A stretch of 64,000 nucleotides of DNA from Eubacteriales bacterium (GCA_034086705.1 JAXDZV010000030.1:14209-78208); one strand, 5' to 3'; positions 11,595 through 24,800 are shown, numbered from the stretch's first letter. Notes: generated from the sequence alone by a model not told the origin. Program-made: numbers and translations.

Positions 11595-11625
11595 CGGCGC
11601 ACCGGAGCCGGTGCGCCGCTTTTTT
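11595..11625 (+). terminator. Intrinsic-terminator-like hairpin between the promoter and nrdD
   Basis: GGCGCACCGG-agc-CCGGTGCGCC (10-bp GC-rich stem) followed by gcTTTTTTc. It could terminate the glg-nrdG transcript and/or act on the nrdD leader. Confidence 0.6.
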
Positions 11626-11695
11626 CATGTATAATCAGCACCTGCGCAGCGGGCACGGGATGCTGTTCACAAATCAATGAAAGGATTGTAAAGGC

Positions 11696-14071
11696 ATGTA
11701 TCAGGTCATCAAGAGAGACAACAAAATTGCAGCTTTCGATCTGACAAAGATTCGGGCTGCCATTCAAAAGGCGTTCGTCGCCTGCGAAAAACAGTACAGC
11801 GATGATACCATTGATTTTTTGGCCCTCAAGGTTACAGCAGACTTTGAGCCGAAAATCAAAGACGAAAAGATCGCCGTAGAGGACATTCAGGACAGCGTAG
11901 AAACCGTACTGGGCCGTGCAGGATATGAAGATGTTGCCAAGGCATATATTCTATATCGCCGGCAACGTGAAAAACTGAGAAATATGAAATCCACGATCTT
12001 GGACTATAAGGAGATCATGGACAAATATGTCAAAAATACCGACTGGCGCGTCAAAGAAAATTCTACTGTTACCTACTCTGTCGGGGGACTGATCCTCTCC
12101 AATTCCGGTGCAATCACTGCCAACTATTGGCTTTCCGAAATTTATGACGACGAAATTTCAAATGCGCACCGCAATGCAGACATTCATTTACATGATCTCA
12201 GCATGCTCACGGGCTACTGCGCGGGCTGGTCGCTCAAGCAGCTCATCCAGGAAGGGCTGGGCGGCATTCCTGGGAAAATCACATCTGCCCCCGCGAAGCA
12301 TCTGGCAACCCTGTGCAATCAAATGGTTAACTTTCTCGGAATTATGCAAAATGAATGGGCGGGCGCGCAAGCATTTTCTTCATTTGACACCTACCTTGCT
12401 CCATTTGTAAAAGCAGACCATCTGAATTACAGCCAGGTTAAAAAGTGCATCGAATCTTTCATTTACGGAGTAAACACACCGTCCCGCTGGGGTACTCAGG
12501 CACCTTTTTCCAACATTACGCTGGATTGGACCGTTCCGGCTGATTTGGCAGAACTTAACTGCATTGTCGGCGGCAAAGAGCTTGATTTCCGCTACAAAGA
12601 TTGCAAAGCGGAAATGGATATGATCAATAAAGCGTTTTTGGAAATCATGATTGAAGGAGACGCAAACGGACGTGGCTTCCAATATCCGATTCCAACCTAC
12701 TCCATCACGCGTGACTTTGATTGGTCTGAAACGGAAAACAACCGTCTGCTTTTCGAAATGACTGCAAAATATGGAACACCATATTTCTCCAATTACATCA
12801 ACAGCGATATGCAGCCAAGTGATGTACGTTCCATGTGCTGCCGATTGCGGCTAGATCTGCGTGAACTGCGCAAAAAGTCCGGTGGATTTTTCGGCAGCGG
12901 TGAATCAACCGGTTCTGTAGGCGTGGTAACCATAAATATGCCACGCATCGCATACCTTTCCAAAACACCGCAGGAATTTTATACCCGGCTGGATCGCATG
13001 ATGGATATTTCTGCGCGCTCGTTAAAGATCAAGCGCGATGTCATCACAAAACTGCTGAACGAAGATTTGTATCCGTATACCAAGCGTTATCTCGGAACAT
13101 TTGCAAATCACTTTTCCACCATAGGCCTTGTCGGCATGAATGAAGTTGGGCTCAATGCCGCATGGCTGGGCAATGACATGACTGACCCGAAGACCCAGGC
13201 GTTTACCAAAGACGTACTCAACCATATGCGGGAGCGTCTCTCCGACTATCAGGAACAGTATGGAGATTTGTACAATCTGGAAGCTACTCCTGCAGAATCC
13301 ACCGCATATCGTCTTGCTAAGCATGATGTGGAGAAATATCCCGGCATCAAAACTGCTTCTTGGCAGACAGGTGGCACACCGTATTATACAAACTCCTCCC
13401 ACCTACCGGTTGGCTATACGGAGGATGTTTTCTCGGCTTTAGATATTCAGGATGAGCTGCAAACTTTGTATACTTCCGGTACTGTTTTCCACGCTTTTCT
13501 CGGTGAAAAGCTGCCGGATTGGCGTGCCGCCAGAGATTTGGTTCGTAAGATTGCCGAAAACTACCGCCTGCCATATTATACGCTTTCTCCCACATATTCT
13601 GTTTGCAAAAACCACGGTTATATTGCCGGCGAAAAATACACCTGCGACACCTGTGGCAGTGCAACAGAGGTATACAGCCGTATCACCGGTTATTATCGTC
13701 CCGTACAAAACTGGAACGACGGCAAAACGCAAGAATTTAAAGACCGTGTAACCTATGATGTTGCACATTCCCATCTGCATCACGGTAGCGGCTGCTGCTG
13801 CTCAGAGCCAATCGACGCATCCGAATTCCAAAATTTGCGCCCGGATGGAGTTTTGCTGTTTGCAACCAAGACCTGTCCCAACTGTAAGGTTGCCGCATCC
13901 CTGCTGGATCGTGCGGAAATCTCTTATACAAAGCTATATGCCGAAGAAAACGAAGATGTGGCCATATCATACAACATTCGGCAAGCGCCAACCCTGGCTG
14001 TTACCGAAAACGGGGCAACCGTGCTTTATGGCGGTGTGTCGGAAATTCGCAAGTGGATCGAAAGCCGCTGA
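11696..14071 (+). CDS. nrdD: Anaerobic (class III) ribonucleoside-triphosphate reductase with N-terminal ATP-cone and C-terminal glutaredoxin/NrdH-like domain
   Basis: 791 aa. The ATP-cone is MYQVIKRDNKIAAFDLTKI. The putative thiyl loop reads SMCCRLRLD. The Zn site is CKNH..CDTC and the glycyl-radical motif is SRITGYYRPVQNWNDGK. An extra 102-aa tail carries CPNC. Confidence 0.95.
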   Translation: MYQVIKRDNKIAAFDLTKIRAAIQKAFVACEKQYSDDTIDFLALKVTADFEPKIKDEKIAVEDIQDSVETVLGRAGYEDVAKAYILYRRQREKLRNMKSTILDYKEIMDKYVKNTDWRVKENSTVTYSVGGLILSNSGAITANYWLSEIYDDEISNAHRNADIHLHDLSMLTGYCAGWSLKQLIQEGLGGIPGKITSAPAKHLATLCNQMVNFLGIMQNEWAGAQAFSSFDTYLAPFVKADHLNYSQVKKCIESFIYGVNTPSRWGTQAPFSNITLDWTVPADLAELNCIVGGKELDFRYKDCKAEMDMINKAFLEIMIEGDANGRGFQYPIPTYSITRDFDWSETENNRLLFEMTAKYGTPYFSNYINSDMQPSDVRSMCCRLRLDLRELRKKSGGFFGSGESTGSVGVVTINMPRIAYLSKTPQEFYTRLDRMMDISARSLKIKRDVITKLLNEDLYPYTKRYLGTFANHFSTIGLVGMNEVGLNAAWLGNDMTDPKTQAFTKDVLNHMRERLSDYQEQYGDLYNLEATPAESTAYRLAKHDVEKYPGIKTASWQTGGTPYYTNSSHLPVGYTEDVFSALDIQDELQTLYTSGTVFHAFLGEKLPDWRAARDLVRKIAENYRLPYYTLSPTYSVCKNHGYIAGEKYTCDTCGSATEVYSRITGYYRPVQNWNDGKTQEFKDRVTYDVAHSHLHHGSGCCCSEPIDASEFQNLRPDGVLLFATKTCPNCKVAASLLDRAEISYTKLYAEENEDVAISYNIRQAPTLAVTENGATVLYGGVSEIRKWIESR

Positions 14072-14103
14072 GTTCTCTTTCATTTTTTGAATCCTGTACA
14101 ACC

Positions 14104-14134
14104 GAGGCTGTGCGCGCACCCGCGGCACAGCCTC
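14104..14134 (+). other. GC-rich intercistronic stem-loop without a U-tract (nrdD / trxB-like)
   Basis: gaggctgtgc ... gcacagcctc forms a 10-bp stem, with additional gcg/cgc pairing in the loop. No T-run follows. Confidence 0.5.
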
Positions 14135-14162
14135 TCTGCTCGTACATAGCAAGGAGATACAT

Positions 14163-15077
14163 ATGCAATATGATATCATTGTTGTAGGTGCCGGCCCTGC
14201 CGGACTCACCGCCGCCATCTATGCAAGACGTGCCAACCGAAGCGTTCTACTGATAGAAAAGCAGGCCTTCGGCGGACAAATGACCCTGTCTCCGAATGTG
14301 GAAAACTATCCGGGTTTCGTACATATCAGCGGAAATGAGCTGGCAGACCACATGCTGTCACAAGCACTGGAGCAAGGTGCGCAAGTAGATCTGGCACAGG
14401 TAACTTCCCTGACATCGCAGCCACAGGGATGGCACGTTACCACAGACACAGGTTGCTACGATGCAGCCGCCGTTATCCTGGCCTTAGGCGTAAAACACCG
14501 TACTCCGGGATTGCCAAACGAAGAAAAATTCTTCGGTAAAGGCATCTCTTTCTGTGCTGTTTGCGATGGAGCTTTTTATCGAGGCAAAGATGTGGCTGTT
14601 TTGGGCGGCGGCAATTCCGCCTTGCAGGAAGCAATTCTCCTTTCGGAAAACTGTTCACATGTCACCATTTTACAGGATCTGCCAAACCTCACTGCAGATC
14701 TTGCACTTCAAAAAGCACTTGCTGCTCACAACAATATTAGCGTTCGCTGCGGCGTCCGATTGACCGGTCTTTCGGGCGATACGGCGTTGTGTGGAATTAC
14801 AATTGTTGAAAACGGACAGCCACAAACCATCGCATGCACAGGCCTTTTTGTCGCCATCGGTTTGATTCCCGCCAATGAAGCGTTTGCTTCTGTCGCAGCA
14901 CTGGATCCGCAAGGATATTTTGCCGCCTCATCCGATTGTTTGGGATCCGCCCCCGGTATATTTGTAGCGGGAGATTGCCGCGCAAAAAAGATCCGACAAA
15001 TTGCAACAGCAGTGGGAGACGGTGCCGTTGCAGCGCAGGCAGCTTGCGCCTATTTGAACCGTATAAACGAGGAGTAA
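14163..15077 (+). CDS. Thioredoxin-reductase-like flavoprotein (low-Mr TrxR fold; NADPH 2'-phosphate motif absent)
   Basis: 304 aa. FAD motif VGAGPAGLTAAIYA, redox-active CAVCDG, GGGNSALQEA, and a C-terminal GDC motif. At the HRRxxxR position it reads LQDLPNLT. An RBS (aaggag) is present. Confidence 0.85.
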   Translation: MQYDIIVVGAGPAGLTAAIYARRANRSVLLIEKQAFGGQMTLSPNVENYPGFVHISGNELADHMLSQALEQGAQVDLAQVTSLTSQPQGWHVTTDTGCYDAAAVILALGVKHRTPGLPNEEKFFGKGISFCAVCDGAFYRGKDVAVLGGGNSALQEAILLSENCSHVTILQDLPNLTADLALQKALAAHNNISVRCGVRLTGLSGDTALCGITIVENGQPQTIACTGLFVAIGLIPANEAFASVAALDPQGYFAASSDCLGSAPGIFVAGDCRAKKIRQIATAVGDGAVAAQAACAYLNRINEE

Positions 15078-15084
15078 TAAAAAC

Positions 15085-16182
15085 ATGAAGCAAAAAAAGC
15101 TACGTATTGCCGTCATTGGTTGTGGGTCTATCGCACATGCACACATCAAAAACTATCTCCAATTTGACGATGTGGAACTTGTGGCGGCAGCAGACATCGT
15201 GCCGGGAAAAGCTCGTACATTTCTGGATACATACGCCCTTTCCAAGGCAAAAGATTATACCGATCATCGAGTGCTGCTGCAGGAGTGCAAGCCGGATGCA
15301 GTCAGCGTGTGCACCTACAATCGTCAGCATAAGGTTTGTACAATCGACTCCATGCAAGCAGGTGCAGACGTTCTGTTAGAAAAGCCGATGAGCGTAACCT
15401 TAGATGAAGCAGTGGAAATGGTTCGTGTTGAAAAACAGACCAAACGTATCTTGTCGATCGGCTTTCAACCTCGCTTTTCAAAGAACATGCAGCAAATCAA
15501 AAAAATCGTGGACAGCGGCGTATTGGGCAAAATTTATTATATCCAAACCGGCGGTGGCCGCAGACACGGGATCCCTCTGCGTGATGACGGAAACACCTTT
15601 ATCCGAGAAGAGACTGCCGGCATCGGAGCTCTTGGAGATATCGGCTGTTATTCACTGGATATGGTTTTACACGCCATCGGCTATCCTCGTCCTCTGAGTG
15701 TAGACGGATATGTCAGCGATTATTTCGGCAAAAATCCGGAATTCTCAGGCGAAGAATGCGCTCGTCAGTTTGGTGTGGACGATTTTAGCGCCGCTTTCAT
15801 TCGTCTGGATGGTGGCATCATTCTGGACTTTCGCATTGCCTGGGCGATGCATCTGGATTCTCCGGGTGACACCATCCTACTGGGCAACAAAGGCGGTCTG
15901 CGTATTCCCGCAACCGACTGCTGGAATGGCTCGATTGGGGGCCCCATGACACTTTACACAGAAATTGCGGGACTGCAAACGCAAACCCAACTCCCCATGT
16001 TTGAAGAGGACGGCCACTCCTTCTTTACACAAAAGATTCGTTCTTTTTTGGATGCGGTGCAAACCCGCGGCCCAGCACCGGTTCCTACAAGCGAAATTCT
16101 GTATAACCAGGCCATTATCGATGCGATTTCCCGCAGCGCCGCTGCAGGGCACGCTGTAACGATTGACATTCCGCAAATATAA
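15085..16182 (+). CDS. Gfo/Idh/MocA family NAD(P)-dependent oxidoreductase
   Basis: Rossmann N-terminus LRIAVIGCGSIAHAHIKNY, an EKP motif (LLEKPMS), 365 aa. It starts 8 nt after the trxB-like stop with its own RBS. Confidence 0.85.
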   Translation: MKQKKLRIAVIGCGSIAHAHIKNYLQFDDVELVAAADIVPGKARTFLDTYALSKAKDYTDHRVLLQECKPDAVSVCTYNRQHKVCTIDSMQAGADVLLEKPMSVTLDEAVEMVRVEKQTKRILSIGFQPRFSKNMQQIKKIVDSGVLGKIYYIQTGGGRRHGIPLRDDGNTFIREETAGIGALGDIGCYSLDMVLHAIGYPRPLSVDGYVSDYFGKNPEFSGEECARQFGVDDFSAAFIRLDGGIILDFRIAWAMHLDSPGDTILLGNKGGLRIPATDCWNGSIGGPMTLYTEIAGLQTQTQLPMFEEDGHSFFTQKIRSFLDAVQTRGPAPVPTSEILYNQAIIDAISRSAAAGHAVTIDIPQI

Positions 16183-16385
16183 GCCGACATACAAAGAGAA
16201 TGCATATTCCTCGTGATGAGGTGCGCAGTTCAGCATAGAATATGCAAAGATGCGTACGCTGCAAAACTTTGAAAACATGCTGCATAGCCTTTTGAATGCT
16301 TTCTGCCGGCACCCGTTCGGGCAGAGCTGCATATCCTTGGTCCAAATGCTCGATTTGCAAACTAAATACAAAGCAAAACTATTTT

Positions 16386-16433
16386 AAAAACCGGTGACGT
16401 CACCACAAATCTGGGGTGATATCACCGGTTTTT
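16386..16433. terminator. Bidirectional terminator-like hairpin
   Basis: aaaaaccggtga ... tcaccggttttt forms a 12-bp outer stem including A/T-runs on both sides, with extra inner pairing. It lies about 200 nt downstream of the Gfo-family gene. Confidence 0.6.
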
Positions 16434-16754
16434 ATATAGAATGTACTATATTCATCGCCCCTGCTCGCCATCAAAACGACAGACGCATGTAACGGAACCA
16501 TGTTATGTGTTGCGCAAATACCTCTCTTGGTCTTTGTAATAACAATACTATGTCTCAATGCACCGGCAGACATTGTCTATACCGGCTTCAAGGCCCGTAT
16601 CTTCGAAATGTTGCCTATTGCTCTTTCCCCGACACAGTAAAAATGCTACAACAATCGCTTAGCACCCTATGTGAAAAAACCAGCTTTTGACAAATCAAAC
16701 CGTTTCTTGGCATAACTTTTCCAAAATCTTGCAAATATTCACAACAGATCCATG

Positions 16755-16786
16755 CAGAAAACAAACACCAAACTCGCGGCTGGTGT
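16755..16786 (-). terminator. Weak terminator after the SGNH hydrolase gene
   Basis: On the minus strand, ACACCA-gccgcgagtt-TGGTGT is followed by ttgttttc. The stem is short (6 bp). Confidence 0.4.
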
Positions 16787-16854
16787 CTGCCTGTCTTTGG
16801 CGAGAGATTACAGCAATTACCGATATCCCTTTTTGACGACGCCTTTATCTGCCA

Positions 16855-17514
16855 TTATAACGCCTGCAAAAAAGCCTGAATTCGTGCAGCAATTCGCGCA
16901 TTACCGGCATCGCTCGGATGCAAACCGTCCGGCATATACATCTCTTTCTGTGCTGCAATTGCAGGTTGAATTCCACTGATACGATACAAATCACACACCG
17001 GCAATCCATAATATCCCGCTACCTGCCGCAGAATTTCAACATAGTCCCCCAAAACGGCTGCCTGATTTTCCCGGTTATCGCCATAGGGCGACAGTTCATT
17101 TTCTCGATGCAACGGCGTCAAAATTACAATGGTGGCATACGGATATTTTTCCACCAAACTGCGCATCATTTCATGGCATGCACCATAAAAAGTGTCGCGT
17201 GTGCGGTCACTCGGCAAACCAAGGGGGGCGTCACCGTGTCCAAAATCATTGGTTCCCCCAAATACCAGCACCAGATCTGCATCAGGGTCCATCTGTGCAA
17301 CACGTGCACAAAAATTGTTATCCTCGTTCTGATCTGCCGCGCGGCACCATTTTTGCCGTGCAATCCGCGTGCCCGAAATGCCATAATTACGGACCAATGA
17401 AAACGCACAGCTGCGCTGCAGCACATTCAGATAAATATGCTCCGGTGCCGATGTGCCAACCCCTTCTGTTATACTGTCTCCCAGAAAATTAACCTTCAGT
17501 CCTTTTAACTGCAT
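16855..17514 (-). CDS. SGNH/GDSL-family hydrolase
   Basis: Block I FLGDSITEG, block III GGTNDF and block V DGLHPS are present. 219 aa. Confidence 0.8.
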   Translation of the reverse strand: MQLKGLKVNFLGDSITEGVGTSAPEHIYLNVLQRSCAFSLVRNYGISGTRIARQKWCRAADQNEDNNFCARVAQMDPDADLVLVFGGTNDFGHGDAPLGLPSDRTRDTFYGACHEMMRSLVEKYPYATIVILTPLHRENELSPYGDNRENQAAVLGDYVEILRQVAGYYGLPVCDLYRISGIQPAIAAQKEMYMPDGLHPSDAGNARIAARIQAFLQAL

Positions 17515-17703
17515 ATTTGCTCCTTCTTTTTATATGCTATAGAATACCTTCCCTTTTCTCCGGTGCTGTTCAGTAGATTCGGAGGAAAGGTTTGCAGCGA
17601 CGTAAGCAATGTCAAAACAGCAGCAAAACGCTGCTTGGTATACTTAGCAACGGACCCATGCATGCGCCCGTAAACACATAAATTTCTCCGATTTAAAAGA
17701 TTC

Positions 17704-20211
<2,508 letters not shown>

Positions 20212-20217
20212 GCGCCT

Positions 20218-21735
20218 TTACGCATCCTTTCCAACGTTTTTGCGTGCTAACAATGCTTCCAACACCGTCCGCAGCGCGCTTTCTTCTTCCTGCGAAAACA
20301 ATCCATCCTCCAGCTTTTGCAGCAACGGTGCTTGCTCCATTTGCATACATGCATATAGCTCTTGCTCAAACGAGCGAACTTGTTCTACCGGAATATTGTC
20401 CAAAAAGCCATTGGTAACAGCATAAATAATTGCTACCTGGCAACCGACACTTACCGGCGCATTTCTATCTTGCTTGAGCACCTCCACGATTCTTTGCCCG
20501 AGTGCCAACCGTCTTTTCGTATCCGCATCCAAATCGCTGCCGAACTGTGCAAAAGCTTGCAGTTCACGATACTGTGAATATAAAAGCTTCAGTGGCCCAG
20601 AAACCTTTTTCATAGACTTTTTCTGTGCAGCTCCACCCACACGGGAAACGGAAATACCCGGGTTAATAGCCGGTACTATACCGGCATGAAAAAGCTCTGT
20701 CTCCAAAAAGATCTGCCCATCGGTAATGGAGATTACATTGGTAGGAATATAGGCAGACACATCACCCGCTTGCGTTTCGATAATCGGCAACGCCGTGATG
20801 GAACCCCCGCCGTATTCCGGCGCCACACATGCAGCACGCTCCAAGAGGCGGGAATGCAAATAAAACACGTCCCCAGGGTATGCTTCACGTCCGGGCGGAC
20901 GACGTATTAAAAGGGAAAGTGCACGATACGCAACCGCGTGCTTGGAAAGATCGTCATATACGATCAAAACATCTTTCCCCTGTGCGCGAAAATGCTCTGC
21001 CATCGCACAGCCCGCATAAGGCGCAATATATTGCAGCGGTGCACTGTCAGATGCAGATGCGGATACAATTGCCGTATACTCCATGGCACCGCAACGACGC
21101 AGTTCCTGGGCCAACTGTACCACAGATGTGCTCTTTTGCCCGATGGCAACATAAATGCATAGCACACCAGTCCCCTTTTGGTTCATGATTGTGTCCAAAG
21201 CAATTTCCGTTTTTCCCGTTTGGCGGTCCCCGATAATCAATTCACGCTGTCCCCGTCCGATCGGGATCATACTGTCTATTGCTTTGATGCCTGTTTGCAA
21301 CGGGACACTGACGCTTTGCCTTTCAATAATGCCCGGTGCTTCCGCCTCAATCGGCCTCGTCCCCTCGGCCTGAATCGGTCCTTTGCCGTCAATCGGCTCG
21401 CCGAGCGCATTTACAACCCTACCAAGAATCCCTGCTCCAACCGGCACAGAAACCACTTGCCCGGTCCGTCTAACTTTTGTTCCTTCCTTGATGTCATTGC
21501 GGTCAGACAAAACAGCCACCGACACCGTCTGATCCTCCAGATTTTGTGCCATGCCAACGCTACCTTCATCAAATTGTAAAAGCTCTCCCGCCATGCAATT
21601 GCGCAAGCCGTAAACACGGGCAATACCATCCCCTACTAAAATTACGGTACCCGTTTCCGCCATCTCGATATGTGAATGAAACGTTCGAATTTGCTCTTTG
21701 ATCACGCTGCTGATTTCTTCTGCGGCATTGCTCAC
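20218..21735 (-). CDS. atpA: F1 ATP synthase alpha subunit
   Basis: Walker A GDRQTGKT, a conserved alpha-subunit sequence, 505 aa. Confidence 0.97.
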   Translation of the reverse strand: MSNAAEEISSVIKEQIRTFHSHIEMAETGTVILVGDGIARVYGLRNCMAGELLQFDEGSVGMAQNLEDQTVSVAVLSDRNDIKEGTKVRRTGQVVSVPVGAGILGRVVNALGEPIDGKGPIQAEGTRPIEAEAPGIIERQSVSVPLQTGIKAIDSMIPIGRGQRELIIGDRQTGKTEIALDTIMNQKGTGVLCIYVAIGQKSTSVVQLAQELRRCGAMEYTAIVSASASDSAPLQYIAPYAGCAMAEHFRAQGKDVLIVYDDLSKHAVAYRALSLLIRRPPGREAYPGDVFYLHSRLLERAACVAPEYGGGSITALPIIETQAGDVSAYIPTNVISITDGQIFLETELFHAGIVPAINPGISVSRVGGAAQKKSMKKVSGPLKLLYSQYRELQAFAQFGSDLDADTKRRLALGQRIVEVLKQDRNAPVSVGCQVAIIYAVTNGFLDNIPVEQVRSFEQELYACMQMEQAPLLQKLEDGLFSQEEESALRTVLEALLARKNVGKDA

Positions 21736-22271
21736 GATTCAATCACTCCTTTCATATCGTTCAGCCTGCGGCGCAAGCTGCCGTCTAAAATCATATCATC
21801 CAATTCAACCGTAACACCGCCCAGCAAATCCGTCTGCGTCTCAAAACGTGCATGCACACAATGTCCACTTCGCTTTTCCAAAACCTGTACCAACTGGCTT
21901 TGCTGACGCATAGTCAACGGAACCACGCTTTTGACAACAGCCTCCAAAACAGCTCTGCTTTGCCGGTAAAACGCGGCGTACTCTGCAATGCAGGCATCCA
22001 GCAAAGCAATTTTACGTTGGGTACTCAGCAATTGCAAGAAAGAAAGCACATGCTCGGGTATCTTATTTTCAAACGCCTTCTCCAGTAATGCGCATCTCGT
22101 TTTGGCGGGAATATCCGGCGAATCCAGCAAAAGAGGGTACGTAGGGTTGTCGGCGAAAACTGCCTGTGCCATACGCAGCGCGTCATAATATTCCTGCTCT
22201 GATCTGCCTTCCAGCGCCAGCGCATACAGCGCCGCGGCATACTCCTTACCGGTCGCTTCCATGCTCATCAT
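21732..22271 (-). CDS. atpH: F1 ATP synthase delta (OSCP) subunit
   Basis: Supported by its position between atpF and atpA, and by the C-terminal [20 protein letters not shown] motif. The start is uncertain (22262-22310). Confidence 0.8.
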   Translation of the reverse strand: MMSMEATGKEYAAALYALALEGRSEQEYYDALRMAQAVFADNPTYPLLLDSPDIPAKTRCALLEKAFENKIPEHVLSFLQLLSTQRKIALLDACIAEYAAFYRQSRAVLEAVVKSVVPLTMRQQSQLVQVLEKRSGHCVHARFETQTDLLGGVTVELDDMILDGSLRRRLNDMKGVIES

Positions 22272-22776
22272 CTGTTTGCTCCTGCTCAAGTTCTGCAATA
22301 AAAGAATCAATCAATGCCGCCTGATCTGTCTGGGTCAATTCACGCTGCAGCATTTTCTCCGTCATTGCAGCAGACACCTCTATTACATCATGCCGTATCT
22401 GTGCGCGCGCTTTGCGCCGCTGCAGCTCCGCTTCCGTTTCCGCTTGCTGTATAATATCCCGTGCCTTCACCTTTGCATCATTGACAATATCTTCACCGCG
22501 GCGATCTGCCATAGTCGATGCACGCTGTAGCAGTTCCTGCGCCTGCGTTTGTGCGGTTTGCAACTTTTCTTGCCAATGCGCGCGATCAGCTGCCGCATCT
22601 TGCCGCTCTTTTTTTGCAGCATCATACTGCGCATCCAATTCCTGCTGGCGGCTGGCAAGCATTTTTTTTACGGGACGATACAGAAAACGCTTGACAATCA
22701 AGAAAATAATTACCAGATTGCAAAGAGAGATCAATACCTGCCACAGATTGACGGAAATGACATCTAAAGTCTGCAT
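22246..22776 (-). CDS. atpF: Fo ATP synthase b subunit
   Basis: A single N-terminal TM followed by a long charged coiled coil, at the expected operon position. Confidence 0.8.
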   Translation of the reverse strand: MQTLDVISVNLWQVLISLCNLVIIFLIVKRFLYRPVKKMLASRQQELDAQYDAAKKERQDAAADRAHWQEKLQTAQTQAQELLQRASTMADRRGEDIVNDAKVKARDIIQQAETEAELQRRKARAQIRHDVIEVSAAMTEKMLQRELTQTDQAALIDSFIAELEQEQTDDEHGSDR

Positions 22777-22794
22777 ACCGTCATACCCTCCGCA

Positions 22795-24041
<1,247 letters not shown>

Positions 24042-24067
24042 GTCGCCGTTTTTGCGACACACATCTC

Positions 24068-24499
24068 TCACGCTGCATCCCCCCTGTTGTTCTCTTTCTT
24101 CTTTCTCCGCGCCGTATACAGCCGTTCAAACAGCGGCTGCAGAGCAATCACCAGCCGCGGGAAAAAAAGAGGAAGCAAGGCGGCAATTGTATTGAATACC
24201 GGCAGCGCTGCACCAAGCGCAGCAGCCGTAAACAACGCTACAAAACGAAGAGCTTGTGAAGCACGAATCCGCATCCGCATTGCTTTTTCATCTGCATCCT
24301 GCACCGCTTTTTGCACCGTCAGAGCCATCAGGAAAAAATTGCATGCGGCTGCGCCGCCGCCAAGCAGTGTTCCCCACAAAACCGGCAAGTTCCATAAACG
24401 CAACACCAAAAACACGGCATTCATAAGTATACATAAAATCACCGTTCCTAAGGCAATATATGCACTTTCACGTAAAACGGTCTCATTCGGTTTTTCCAC
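24068..24499 (-). CDS. atpI: ATP synthase protein I (AtpI-like)
   Basis: A small 4-TM protein that is first in the operon. A GTG start lies 8 nt after the RBS aagagg and downstream of the mapped promoter. Confidence 0.6.
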   Translation of the reverse strand: MEKPNETVLRESAYIALGTVILCILMNAVFLVLRLWNLPVLWGTLLGGGAAACNFFLMALTVQKAVQDADEKAMRMRIRASQALRFVALFTAAALGAALPVFNTIAALLPLFFPRLVIALQPLFERLYTARRKKKENNRGDAA

Positions 24500-24538
24500 G
24501 CATGACACCTCTTTTCCATAGCGGAAACTATTTACGGA

Positions 24539-24567
24539 ATTATAACACAATTTCTCCGAAAATGCAA
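24539..24567 (-). promoter_or_regulatory. Sigma-A-type promoter of the atp operon
   Basis: On the minus strand: TTGCAT, 17-nt spacer, TATAAT with TGt (extended -10). Confidence 0.5.
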
Positions 24568-24771
24568 ACCTTTTTCAAGAAAAAGCGTCCTTTTCCCAGA
24601 GATCTTTCCGGCCGGCACGCAATCCCGTATTGTTCGCGAACTTTCTGTTTTATACTTGACCACTTAACACGTAGAAAGACTGGGGACGGCCGAAGATGTC
24701 TTTTTACGGCGCAGGTATTTTCGCACCCGTAGCAAGGAAAAAACAAAAAAAGCAAACCTCCTCGCGGAACC

Positions 24772-24800
24772 TTGACAGCCCCATAGACGTGTGGTAGAAT
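24772..24800 (+). promoter_or_regulatory. Sigma-A-type promoter of rhaD
   Basis: TTGACA, 17-nt spacer, TAGAAT with TGg (extended -10). Confidence 0.5.

Noticed and set aside
16505-16690. 61-aa Cys-rich ORF (MCCANTSLGLCNNNTMSQCTG...), considered as a RiPP or bacteriocin precursor.
   Set aside because: It has no RBS. There are no modification, transport or immunity genes nearby, and the composition is consistent with a random ORF in non-coding DNA.
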